A stretch of 54,935 nucleotides of DNA from Candidatus Poseidoniaceae archaeon. GTDB lineage: Archaea; Thermoplasmatota; Poseidoniia; Poseidoniales; Poseidoniaceae. Shown here piece after piece: positions 19,145 through 28,528 of the stretch. The position numbers and the translations under genes were made by a program. The stretch's first letter is position 1, and every line of letters starts with the position of its first letter. Under the pieces are notes generated by a model that saw nothing but the letters and a program-made list of their open reading frames with translations, had not been told where the DNA came from and did not search any database. The stretch covers positions 1 through 54,935 of the forward strand of contig JBJLAY010000047.1 in the NCBI GenBank assembly GCA_045568475.1, read 5' to 3'.

Positions 19145-20365
19145 ATGGGGACCGAAGTAGACAAAGGGAGTATTGAACCTCATGGCTCCGATGACAGTGA
19201 ATTGAAGGCGTTAGCTATCGATTTCAAAAATCTTCAAGATGAGGCACAAAGACTTCTTACTGAACGAGTTCACTTAGAAAATGACTTGGCTTCTGTCAAA
19301 AAAAGGGCTAGCCGTTTAGATGAAGAGGTTCGTATACTGAAAAGCCCACCACTGATAGTTGGACACCTACAGGATGTTTTGGATGATGAAAGAGCTATTG
19401 TTCGTTCATCAAATGGTACTGTATTCCAGGTTTCAATAAATCAACGAATCGATCCTGATAAATTAAGGCCAGGAACTAGAATTGCATTAAATCAGGATAC
19501 ACTGTCCATCATCGAAGTACTTCACGATGCATGGGACCCTATGGTCTCTGGGGCAGAAATGGTTGAAAATCCTAATGTCGATTACGATAGTGTTGGGGGC
19601 TTAGACGAACAGATACTACAAGTTAGAGAGGCTATAGAATTGCCTTTAGAAAGACCAGATTTATTCAAAAAAGTAGGTATTCAACCGCCTAAAGGCATTC
19701 TCCTTGTAGGCCCACCTGGCTGCGGTAAAACAATGCTGGCAAAAGCAGTTGCAAGTCAAACCGAAGCATCATTCATCAGGATGGTTGGCTCTGAATTGGC
19801 ACAGAAGTATATTGGCGAAGGTGGAAGGATGGTTAGAGAACTATTTTCACTTGCCAAGGATAGATCACCTGCAATCATTTTCTTGGACGAAATTGATGCT
19901 ATTGGTGCAAAGAGATTAGATTCTGCAACTAGCGGTGACAGGGAGGTGCAGCGAACATTGATGCAATTACTAGCTGAACTGGATGGATTTGATGCATTGG
20001 AAGATGTGAAAATTATTGCAGCAACAAACCGGCCGGATATTCTTGACGATGCTTTGTTGCGACCTGGACGTTTTGACAGGGTAATTGAAATTCCTTTACC
20101 GGATGAAAACGGACGTAAGACTATACTTTCAATCCATTTCGATAAGATGTCAACATCCAGAATTAATGTTGGTAAAATTGTAGAACTGACCGAAGGGTTC
20201 AGTGGTGCTGAACTTAAGGCTACAACTGTTGAAGCAGGTATGATAGCCATACGCGAAGGGCGTTCCAAAGTAAAACAAGATGATGCAATTACTGCTGTTT
20301 TACGGATTAAAAAGAAACGTGAGTCGAACGGCATTTCTTCCTCTCCTGACGCACTTTACGGCTGA
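19145..20365 (+). CDS. pan: Proteasome-activating nucleotidase
   Basis: Coiled coil and OB domain, GPPGCGKT, KYIGEG, DEIDAIG, RPGRFDR, C-terminal HbYX (LYG). Confidence 0.96.
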   Translation: MGTEVDKGSIEPHGSDDSELKALAIDFKNLQDEAQRLLTERVHLENDLASVKKRASRLDEEVRILKSPPLIVGHLQDVLDDERAIVRSSNGTVFQVSINQRIDPDKLRPGTRIALNQDTLSIIEVLHDAWDPMVSGAEMVENPNVDYDSVGGLDEQILQVREAIELPLERPDLFKKVGIQPPKGILLVGPPGCGKTMLAKAVASQTEASFIRMVGSELAQKYIGEGGRMVRELFSLAKDRSPAIIFLDEIDAIGAKRLDSATSGDREVQRTLMQLLAELDGFDALEDVKIIAATNRPDILDDALLRPGRFDRVIEIPLPDENGRKTILSIHFDKMSTSRINVGKIVELTEGFSGAELKATTVEAGMIAIREGRSKVKQDDAITAVLRIKKKRESNGISSSPDALYG

Positions 20366-20409
20366 ATACTTCGGGAATGTTCATCAGTCTCCTTCGCAGG
20401 CATTTCACC

Positions 20410-21441
20410 ATGTCCAACAGGATTGTTGAGTGTGTACCTAATTTTTCAGAAGGTACTAATCTAGATGTCATCAAGAAGATTAGTGATTCAGGTAGAGGTG
20501 TTGACGGTGCTAGAGTATTGGGGATTGAGCCAGATAGCGATTATAATCGTACTGTTCTCACAATTGCAGGAGAACCTGATGCAGTGCTTGAATCTGCGTT
20601 TCGTGTGATCAAATCTGCTTCAGAAAATATCGATATGCGCAATCATGAAGGCGAACATCCGCGTATAGGTGCTGTTGATGTTTGTCCATTTATCCCATTA
20701 GAAGGGGTAACAATGGATGATTGTGTAGAATTATCTAACCGATTAGCAAAAAGAGTTTCCAGCGAACTTGGATTATGCACATTCCTCTATGGTGCTGCAG
20801 CAAGTTCTCCGGATAGAGAGTTATTATCGGATTTAAGAAAAGGACAATATGAAAGTCTTGAAGATCGATTGCACAATGGTGGTCCACATTTGCCTGATTT
20901 TGGGCCAATGGAATGGAATGAGAAGACTGCTAAGTTTGGTGCAGTCGTAATAGGAGCGAGAAAGATTCTGGTAGCATACAATGTTAATGTCGATGAAGTA
21001 GATGCAAGGTCTGCGAAAATGGCGGGGTCGCTAGTACGTTCATCTGGTCGTTTGTTAAAACATGACGATGGTAAAAGAACTAGGATACCCGGGATGCTTT
21101 CAATGGTTCAGGGCATGGGTTTACCACTGGAATCACACAATATTTCTCAGGTATCTATGAATCTTAGAGATGTCTCAATCACACCAATGCATATTGCGTT
21201 TGAAGCTGTAAAATCAATAGTCAACGACCATGGAGTTCAGACTTGTGGCTCTGAATTAGTTGGGCTAGTGCCATTATCTGCAATGCTTGAGGCGGGGCGT
21301 TGGTATTCAACAGGAGATGTTAATGATGAAACTGAACTTGTTAATGCTGCCATTAGCGGTTTAGGGCTCGAATATCTTGGCCCGTTCAATCCTAAAGAAC
21401 GAATAATTGAATGGGCACTTGATAGTGGGGTGGAAGCATGA
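20410..21441 (+). CDS. Glutamate formiminotransferase
   Basis: IVECVPNFSEG, DYNRTV, HPRIGAVDVCPF, GARKILVAYN, QVSMNL, SELVGLVP. Confidence 0.94.
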   Translation: MSNRIVECVPNFSEGTNLDVIKKISDSGRGVDGARVLGIEPDSDYNRTVLTIAGEPDAVLESAFRVIKSASENIDMRNHEGEHPRIGAVDVCPFIPLEGVTMDDCVELSNRLAKRVSSELGLCTFLYGAAASSPDRELLSDLRKGQYESLEDRLHNGGPHLPDFGPMEWNEKTAKFGAVVIGARKILVAYNVNVDEVDARSAKMAGSLVRSSGRLLKHDDGKRTRIPGMLSMVQGMGLPLESHNISQVSMNLRDVSITPMHIAFEAVKSIVNDHGVQTCGSELVGLVPLSAMLEAGRWYSTGDVNDETELVNAAISGLGLEYLGPFNPKERIIEWALDSGVEA

Positions 21442-22067
21442 AGACACCTTGGATGGAGATGACAGTTAGAGATTTCCAGTCTGCATTAGCATCATCCTCA
21501 CCAACACCTGGTGGCGGTACTGCTGCAGCAATTGCTTTGGGTCAAGCATCAGCTCTAACCATAATGGTATGCGATTTAACATTAGGTAAAGATAAGTGGC
21601 AAGATGGGTGGAGTGCAGCAGAATCTGCATTGTCTACATCTGTTAGTACTATGTCCAGAGCGGGATTATTGGCTGATGAAGATAGCAATGCATTTGATGG
21701 CGTTATGAATTCATTCAAGTTACCCAAAGAGTCTGATGAACAAAAGTCTGCAAGGAGGCAAGCGATTAGAAGCGCAACTCTAATTGCAACTGAAAAACCA
21801 TTTGAAACTGCTCAATTGGCACTAAAACTCCTTACAGTTCTACCTGAATTAGCTGCGACTGGAAATGCAAATGCCGTTTCTGATGTAGGAGTTGCAGGTT
21901 TATTGGCCAGTGCTGCATGTAAAGGGGCCTTGTTCAATGTAGACATTAATCTTGATAGTTTGCCGGAAGATATGGCTGTAGATATTAGGAAAGAAGCCCC
22001 TAAAATACAGGATGAGGCAAGAATTCTATCTCGCAAAGTAATGGATGCTGTAAGGGATAGGCTTTGA
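21438..22067 (+). CDS. Formiminotetrahydrofolate cyclodeaminase/cyclohydrolase (FTCD_C)
   Basis: ASSSPTPGGGTAAA, GNANAVSDVGV, NVDINL. ATGA overlap with the transferase. Confidence 0.93.
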   Translation: MKTPWMEMTVRDFQSALASSSPTPGGGTAAAIALGQASALTIMVCDLTLGKDKWQDGWSAAESALSTSVSTMSRAGLLADEDSNAFDGVMNSFKLPKESDEQKSARRQAIRSATLIATEKPFETAQLALKLLTVLPELAATGNANAVSDVGVAGLLASAACKGALFNVDINLDSLPEDMAVDIRKEAPKIQDEARILSRKVMDAVRDRL

Positions 22068-24299
22068 TCATCTAACTTGAGACCCTGGCGATATTTCACC
22101 ATCTAAAGTAACTAGGGTTACGCCACCTTTACCATCATCCGCGGCCAACATCATTCCTTCACTCATTACTCCACGTAACTTACGTGGTTTCAAATTCGCC
22201 ACGAAAACGACTGATTTACCCATCATTTGCTCCGCCGTATAATATTCCTTGAGACCAGCACAAATGGTTCGACCATCTTCTGTTCCGTCGTCAATAGTGA
22301 CTACGAATAATTTGTCAGCGTTTTCATGATCAGTTACATTCATGATTTTGCCGACTTTCAATTCAACTTCCATAAAAGTTTCAAAATCTAGGTGTGTTGT
22401 TCCTTCTGGCATTTTTATTTCCTCCTTCTTCTTATTTTTCTTACTACCCTTGACTGCGTGTGTCGGGTCTGAATTATTATCAGAATTGTCGCTGGCTAAG
22501 TCTTGTTCTTGAGCTAGAATCTCTTCCAAGTCAAGTCTCTTGAACAATGGCTCTGCTAAATCGTCAGACCATTTGAACTTAGTACTCCAATCAATGGCCG
22601 ATTGCCAAGAAATTTGCGATACATCTCCTTCCTCGCCCAAAGCCTTCCATAATTTCTGTGCACTAAATGGTAGGAATGGTTGAGTCATAATCGAAAGGAA
22701 TCTAGAGATTCGCCAGCCGAATGATAACTTAGCCATTGAGACATTAGCCCCTTCCCCATCTAGGTCCTTAAGGTACTTCCAAGGAGTGGCAGATTGTAGC
22801 ATCTGGTTACCTAATTGTGCTGCACGCATCACATTACGCAGTGCTTCTTTGTAACGATGCTTTTCTAAACTCGCTGTAATTTCATTGTGTAAATCTTCGA
22901 GTTTAACCATTTCTTCATTGCAGTAACTAAGATTTTCAAAGGATTCTAACTCTCGGCCTTGTGGAAGTCTAGCCCCGAGTGTAAGAACACGATGGACAAA
23001 ATTTCCGTAGGCAGCAATGAGTTCAGAATTTATTTTTTCAACGAAATCAGGCCAATTAAAATCAGTATCATGATTTTCTGGCATATTTATCGAAAGATAA
23101 TATCTCAGTGTATCAGGATCAAACCTTTCTAGGAATGATGGTAGCCAAACCGCATGTTTTCTGGATTTTGAGAATTGCCCACCTGCTAACATCAGATACT
23201 CCATTGCAGGCACATTATCTTCTAATTGCAGTTCGCCCAGTCTTGGAAGAGATGGCTTATCATTAGATGTTAGGCCTTTAGATGCATGATTAAGACCCAT
23301 AATCAAGGCAGGCCAAATGACGGTGTGGAATGGAATGTTATCCTTTCCTAAGAAATACAAATGACGAGGTTTTCCTCCCTCCTCATCTCCCTTCCACCAT
23401 TTCTTCCAATCATGTTCAGAAGCATATCTTTCAGACCATAGTTTCGCGCACGAATAATATCCTTGCACTGCCTCAAACCACACATAGATGCATTTTCCAT
23501 CCCATTCATTACCTTCCAAGGGAAGAGGGATACCCCAATCTAAGTCCCTAGTTACAGCACGAGGTCTTAGACCCATGTCTAGCCATTGTTTTGTCATAGC
23601 CTTAACATTGGATTTCCAGACTGATTGGCGCTGCTTCGCATGTTCTTCAAGAGCCTCTTGAAACAAGTCCAATCGATAAAAGAAATGTTCTGTATCTCTG
23701 ATCTCAATAGTTGCTTCAGGATTCATTTTAGACTTTGGATTTTTTAGTTCATGTGCCTCGTACGTAACTCCGCATTCATCACACTGATCACCTCTGGCTC
23801 CAGACTCACCGCAGTTAGGGCAATCACCCTCAACATATCGATCCGGTAGGAATCTACCTCCGTCTTCGCGAATCTCGTAATATTGCTGCATAACTTTCTT
23901 TTCGAAAAGTCCTGCATTTAACAATGAAATAAAATTCTCTGAAACTATTTTGTGGTGGTCATCATCACTAGTTCTATTGAATAATGATCCTCCATATTCA
24001 ACACCTCTAGGATCGACATTAGGTTCCCATGAGCATCCAAGGTCGATCAAAGCCTTCGAGTTAATCGCATGGTACTTGTCTACAACATCTTGTGGTGAAA
24101 TTCCGTTTGTTTCAGCAGACACAGTAATCGGAGTACCGTGCTCGTCAGAACCTGATACCATCAATACTTTATTCCCCTTAGCTCGCTCAAAACGTGCTTG
24201 TATATCCGGTGGTAAATAACATCCAGCAACATGTCCCAAATGCAGAGGGCCATTTGCATATGGCCATGCGACACAAATTAGGACATGCTCTCCGGTCAT
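22068..24299 (-). CDS. metG: Methionine--tRNA ligase with C-terminal tRNA-binding OB domain
   Basis: PYANGPLHLGH, zinc knuckles, GKDNIPFH, QFSKS, C-terminal NLKPRKLRGVMSEGM. Confidence 0.97.
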   Translation of the reverse strand: MTGEHVLICVAWPYANGPLHLGHVAGCYLPPDIQARFERAKGNKVLMVSGSDEHGTPITVSAETNGISPQDVVDKYHAINSKALIDLGCSWEPNVDPRGVEYGGSLFNRTSDDDHHKIVSENFISLLNAGLFEKKVMQQYYEIREDGGRFLPDRYVEGDCPNCGESGARGDQCDECGVTYEAHELKNPKSKMNPEATIEIRDTEHFFYRLDLFQEALEEHAKQRQSVWKSNVKAMTKQWLDMGLRPRAVTRDLDWGIPLPLEGNEWDGKCIYVWFEAVQGYYSCAKLWSERYASEHDWKKWWKGDEEGGKPRHLYFLGKDNIPFHTVIWPALIMGLNHASKGLTSNDKPSLPRLGELQLEDNVPAMEYLMLAGGQFSKSRKHAVWLPSFLERFDPDTLRYYLSINMPENHDTDFNWPDFVEKINSELIAAYGNFVHRVLTLGARLPQGRELESFENLSYCNEEMVKLEDLHNEITASLEKHRYKEALRNVMRAAQLGNQMLQSATPWKYLKDLDGEGANVSMAKLSFGWRISRFLSIMTQPFLPFSAQKLWKALGEEGDVSQISWQSAIDWSTKFKWSDDLAEPLFKRLDLEEILAQEQDLASDNSDNNSDPTHAVKGSKKNKKKEEIKMPEGTTHLDFETFMEVELKVGKIMNVTDHENADKLFVVTIDDGTEDGRTICAGLKEYYTAEQMMGKSVVFVANLKPRKLRGVMSEGMMLAADDGKGGVTLVTLDGEISPGSQVR

Positions 24300-24428
24300 C
24301 TAGGGTGTCACCTATCCTGTCGGATGCAATGAACTACATGAGTGCTATCATTGTTTCATTGCGAAGCCTCAAGAACTTGATGCTATACACACCAAATGGG
24401 CCGATTGGCCGAGGATTCGTTGAACCCT

Positions 24429-25466
24429 ATGGCAGATTACACAATGCTTGTCGTTTATGCATCCGTAGCATTGGGTGTATCATTTCTATGTTCTATGCTA
24501 GAAGCGGTACTTCTCTCTATGTCTCTTTCACACGTAAGTGTAATCAATAAGGCAGGAGATAAAAATGGTGCAAGATGGGCCAAACTGAAAGAAGATGACT
24601 CAGTAAAACCGCTCACAGCAATATTGACACTCAATACCATTGCTCACACAATGGGTGCCGCTGGTGTTGGTGCAGAGGTATCTGACAAATTTGGTGATGA
24701 CAAATTAACGATCGCTTCAATAATTCTGACTTTAGCAGTATTGTTCCTGTCCGAAATCATCCCCAAAACTCTTGGATCTGCATACTGGAGAATGCTTTCC
24801 GGGCCTTCAGGACTAATACTATCTGGTATGACAAAGTTGTTGACGCCATTCTTCATTCCACTTTTATGGTTCAAACGCATGTTACCTAAGGCAGAAACGG
24901 CACTAGTAACGCGTGATGAGTTACATGCTCTAGCAGATATCAGTGAGGAAGAGGGTGAATTAGACGAGGATGAAGAAGCGGTAATTCATAATTTATTGGC
25001 GCTGAGAGAAATTCCAGTAAAGGACGTGATGACTCCAAGAACTGTAACTCTTGCATTTGCTCAAGATTGGACCATTAGACAGGTATTAGACGATACTAAG
25101 ATTCTAAGATTTGGAAGGATGCCAGTTTATGCAGAAACTATCGATTCTTTGTCTGGTTTCGTATTACGTTCCGATATTCTAATGGCTGCATCTATGGATG
25201 AATGGGACAAGGTATTGTCGGAAATGAGGAAGCCATTACTTACGATAAACATGGATGAAAGTGTAGATTTGGCACTAGATCGATTCCTTCAATCAAAAGT
25301 ACAGATATTGGCTGTTCTTGATGAATTCGGTGGTACCGCTGGAATTATTACAATGGAGGATGCAATTGAAACCCTCTTAGGCGAGGAAATTGTTGATGAA
25401 TTGGATGAGCATGAGGACATGCGCGAACTAGCCAGAGAACAGGCTGAAATTAGTGAAGAAGAGTGA
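24429..25466 (+). CDS. CNNM/HlyC-CorC family (DUF21 + CBS) Mg2+ homeostasis protein
   Basis: SFLCSMLEA, ILTLNTIAHT, SEIIPKT, VMTPR, DEFGGTAGIITMED. Start 24429 or 24396. Confidence 0.92.
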   Translation: MADYTMLVVYASVALGVSFLCSMLEAVLLSMSLSHVSVINKAGDKNGARWAKLKEDDSVKPLTAILTLNTIAHTMGAAGVGAEVSDKFGDDKLTIASIILTLAVLFLSEIIPKTLGSAYWRMLSGPSGLILSGMTKLLTPFFIPLLWFKRMLPKAETALVTRDELHALADISEEEGELDEDEEAVIHNLLALREIPVKDVMTPRTVTLAFAQDWTIRQVLDDTKILRFGRMPVYAETIDSLSGFVLRSDILMAASMDEWDKVLSEMRKPLLTINMDESVDLALDRFLQSKVQILAVLDEFGGTAGIITMEDAIETLLGEEIVDELDEHEDMRELAREQAEISEEE

Positions 25467-26402
25467 TTATAATATCCTACTTTCTATCCAATTTATTATC
25501 AAATCATCTCTTTCTTTATTCAATCGGTTCTTTGAATGTGTAAGTGATTCAATTAGGTGAGGATAGATTTCGACGTCTTGCTTCAACAACAAATCATAAT
25601 GGAATCTGCCCAATCTCCTATCGTTAGCAGATTGTAACAACAGTATGGGCACTTTAGGAAGCCCCCATGATGGTATATCGATATCTTTCCATTCTAGTTC
25701 TCCGATTTCAGGATGGATTTTCTTGAACCCCTTTAGTGCCCATCTTTTCAATAAAGGTAACATGAACGATATCTTACCTGACATTTCCTCCATTATTGGA
25801 GAATAAGCAACCATTGGAGACTCCAACATGATTGTTGAACATCGTTCTTTCCACCAGCCCTGGTGCCTCTCATGTTGCATGCCAAGACAAATGAAAGCTC
25901 CTAGACTGTGTCCATAAAAATGAATGTTTTTTACACTTGAATTATCAATAGAAGATAGCATTGATTTTACATCACCTATGACTTTACCTGCAGTCCATTC
26001 AGGAGTTGCTGGTGCAATGCCATGGCCACGCATGTCGATGGCTAATGTATGCAATCCCTTATTTTGAAATATTTTCATTCTTTCAATGAACTTGTCACTA
26101 GATGATTGCCATCCATGGATAAAAACTACAAGATCTGCTTTGTAACTTTGGAAGTTTGAAAAACCATAAACATCTACTCCGTCGTTAGTGGTATGGACTA
26201 AATCCCATCCTGGTTCTGATAGAACGTCACTTCTACTACTTGGGCCGCTGAAAATTATTCTGAGTAAAGATTGGTGAACCAGAATAACAATTAGTAACAA
26301 AATAAAGATGAAACCATATGGTAAAAAAACAGCAGCTAGAGATGTAATCAGAATAGATGTGAGAATTGATTTACCATCCCAAGTCGCCTTACGGCGAGGC
26401 AT
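25467..26402 (-). CDS. Membrane-anchored alpha/beta hydrolase
   Basis: N-terminal TM, HGWQS, DMRGHG, GHSLG nucleophile elbow. Confidence 0.9.
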   Translation of the reverse strand: MPRRKATWDGKSILTSILITSLAAVFLPYGFIFILLLIVILVHQSLLRIIFSGPSSRSDVLSEPGWDLVHTTNDGVDVYGFSNFQSYKADLVVFIHGWQSSSDKFIERMKIFQNKGLHTLAIDMRGHGIAPATPEWTAGKVIGDVKSMLSSIDNSSVKNIHFYGHSLGAFICLGMQHERHQGWWKERCSTIMLESPMVAYSPIMEEMSGKISFMLPLLKRWALKGFKKIHPEIGELEWKDIDIPSWGLPKVPILLLQSANDRRLGRFHYDLLLKQDVEIYPHLIESLTHSKNRLNKERDDLIINWIESRIL

Positions 26403-26404
26403 AT

Positions 26405-27292
26405 TCAATCCTCAGAATCTGAAGATTCTTCTTCACTAGTAGAATCTTCTTCTTCATTTGACTCATCCGCGGCATTGGCTTTCATTTCAGCCTTCTTAGC
26501 AGCCTTTTCTCGGCGTGCCTCTTGCCTCTGTTCGAATTTGTCGCCAAAGTCACCTAAACCTTCGAACTTAGCCAACCAGCCGGTCTCACTACCGGTGGAA
26601 ACGTGGTTTACAGAATATGCACTGAATAATAGGTCAAACATACCTTGAGAATAGTCTGAGTTCTTCTTCAGGAAGAAATTCACCACCCAAATAATTATCA
26701 TCAAAAAGCCAACTGCAACCCATGTTTTTCCGTTTGAGGTTGAAAAATTGGATACATTAACTGCGATTAATATGAAGCCAATCAAAAACATAAATCCAAG
26801 GCTGTTATTCAGAACAGCATGTACCGGATTAGGTTTTGATCCACTTGAATTGATATATTTAGTTCGTGAAACGAATTCTCCAATATTCCGGCCTAGCCAT
26901 ATTGGTATTACCAACCAATTCAAAATAATCATCAAAGCAGCTCCTAGGAAGGGATATGTAAAGTCCCCTTCACTAAAGGCGAATATTGACAATGTCCCAA
27001 TTAGTACACCAAAGTTCCATCCGAAATTAATCAACCAACCGATGTATCTAGGCATAGTACCGGATAACTCAAAACCTTCTGGAAGGCCTGTAGGTCGTAT
27101 TTTTTCAGGCTTTTCCTTTCGCGGACTCTTTTTTGCTGCTGCTTTAGGAGTTGCTTTCTTTGCAACTGCTTTCTTAGGAGTTGCTTTCTTTGCAACTGCT
27201 TTTGGAGTTGCTTTCTTTGCAACCGCTTTCTTAGGAGTTGCTTTTGCCGGTTTTGTTTCTTCAAGATTGTCAACTTTGTCAAGTAATCCCAT
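26405..27292 (-). CDS. RDD-like membrane protein with histone-H1-like N-terminal repeats
   Basis: KKAVAKKATP repeats, then about 4 TM segments with GRNIGEFVSRTKYINSSG (RDD-like) and an acidic tail. Confidence 0.7.
   Translation of the reverse strand: MGLLDKVDNLEETKPAKATPKKAVAKKATPKAVAKKATPKKAVAKKATPKAAAKKSPRKEKPEKIRPTGLPEGFELSGTMPRYIGWLINFGWNFGVLIGTLSIFAFSEGDFTYPFLGAALMIILNWLVIPIWLGRNIGEFVSRTKYINSSGSKPNPVHAVLNNSLGFMFLIGFILIAVNVSNFSTSNGKTWVAVGFLMIIIWVVNFFLKKNSDYSQGMFDLLFSAYSVNHVSTGSETGWLAKFEGLGDFGDKFEQRQEARREKAAKKAEMKANAADESNEEEDSTSEEESSDSED
27141..27246. repeat. Coding tandem repeat, 27-30-bp unit, about 3.5 copies
   Basis: TTAGGAGTTGCTTTCTTTGCAACTGCT(TTC) repeated; encodes (K)KAVAKKATP. 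Confidence 0.9.
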
Positions 27293-27302
27293 ATTTTACA
27301 CC

Positions 27303-28445
27303 TCAATTATACATTGCACCTATGGTGCGATATGTTTCGAAATCTTCAGATTTTACGAAATCATCTACTGCTTCATCAGGTAGTTTTCCAAGTAATGTGT
27401 CAACTACACTAAAGAATTCAGCACGCTCATCGTCATCAGCATCAGCTGGCGATGATCCTACGGACTGGTATATTGCGAAGCCATCTGATTTAGAGAATTC
27501 ATCTATTTCAGAAGCAGACAAGTTCGAACCAAGCAAATTGTCAACAATAGATGTGAATTCAAGGAATAGATCTTCTTCTTCATCTTCCTCCTCATATTCT
27601 TCTTCCTCCTCATATTCTTCTTCCTCCTCATATTCTTCTACTTCATCCTCGTCTTCGTCTTCATCGGAATCTGAGCCTAATAATTCATCTAAATCTGCTT
27701 CACCAGCGATTACAGCCTTCAACAGTTTCCTTTCTGACATCAATGTTTCCAGGGATGGTCTTAACTCACGTAAAACTTCACGGTCACCACTTGACTTTGC
27801 CGCTTGGTACTCGGGTTTAATACGTCGAAGTTCATCTTCAACGGTCTTAAGCTGAGCATTTAATTCAACTAAAGTTTCCCCATCCAATGAACCATCATCA
27901 ACCTCGTCTTCTTCGTCTTGATTCAGTAATTGAACAGTAGGAGAATCTCGGACTTCTGCAATTTTGTCATCACGTTCATCTTTACGCATTACAATAATAT
28001 CTCGGTCCAACTCATGACCGAAACGATCAGAATATCTATCAAGAAGACTTCCAATATCTCCTTGACTTATTCGGTCTATGTGTCCATACACCTGTTGTAG
28101 TGGCTTCCCGCTTCTTTTAGCATAAAGTCCGGAATAAGATTCAGAATCATCTTCTGGCTCTACCACTGCTTCAACTTCAGGAGAAGGGCTTGGAGGGAGT
28201 GCTTCGATAGCAGGGAGGGGGGCTGGCTCAGGTGCGGGAATTGCAGTAGGAGTTGGTGCTGCTGGAAGTGGAGCAGGTGCGGGTGCTGCTGGGAGAGGTG
28301 CAGGCGGCAATGGTGCACCAGAAGGTAATGGCATGCCTGGAGGAGGCGGCAATGGTAGTCCGGGCGCAGGTGGCGCTGGCATAGGTGGCAAGCCTGGTGG
28401 AGTGGGTAATTTACTGCCAATCTTCCTCTTCTTACCGAGCCCCAT
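27303..28445 (-). CDS. Hypothetical protein: polyproline N-terminus, coiled coil, acidic repeats
   Basis: Long ORF. GAGGTG SD 6 nt before ATG 28445 (MGLGKKRK). Confidence 0.8.
   Translation of the reverse strand: MGLGKKRKIGSKLPTPPGLPPMPAPPAPGLPLPPPPGMPLPSGAPLPPAPLPAAPAPAPLPAAPTPTAIPAPEPAPLPAIEALPPSPSPEVEAVVEPEDDSESYSGLYAKRSGKPLQQVYGHIDRISQGDIGSLLDRYSDRFGHELDRDIIVMRKDERDDKIAEVRDSPTVQLLNQDEEDEVDDGSLDGETLVELNAQLKTVEDELRRIKPEYQAAKSSGDREVLRELRPSLETLMSERKLLKAVIAGEADLDELLGSDSDEDEDEDEVEEYEEEEEYEEEEEYEEEDEEEDLFLEFTSIVDNLLGSNLSASEIDEFSKSDGFAIYQSVGSSPADADDDERAEFFSVVDTLLGKLPDEAVDDFVKSEDFETYRTIGAMYN
27583..27636. repeat. Perfect 18-bp x3 coding tandem repeat
   Basis: TCTTCCTCCTCATATTCT x3, encoding (EYEEEE)3 on the minus strand. 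Confidence 0.92.
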
Positions 28446-28528
28446 ACTATGCACCTCATACTAGGTGGGTAGCAATCTACCCTTGAACGTTGCCATTGTT
28501 AGAACCATACGTAGTATGGTATTGCTAC

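Noticed and set aside
27141-27636. Tandem repeats as a CRISPR array
   Set aside because: No spacers, in-frame coding repeats, and no cas genes.
28160-28459. 99-aa overlapping ORF starting near the predicted TSS
   Set aside because: Alternate frame of the proline-rich gene; the ATG is part of the ATGAGGTG SD context and nothing supports translation.
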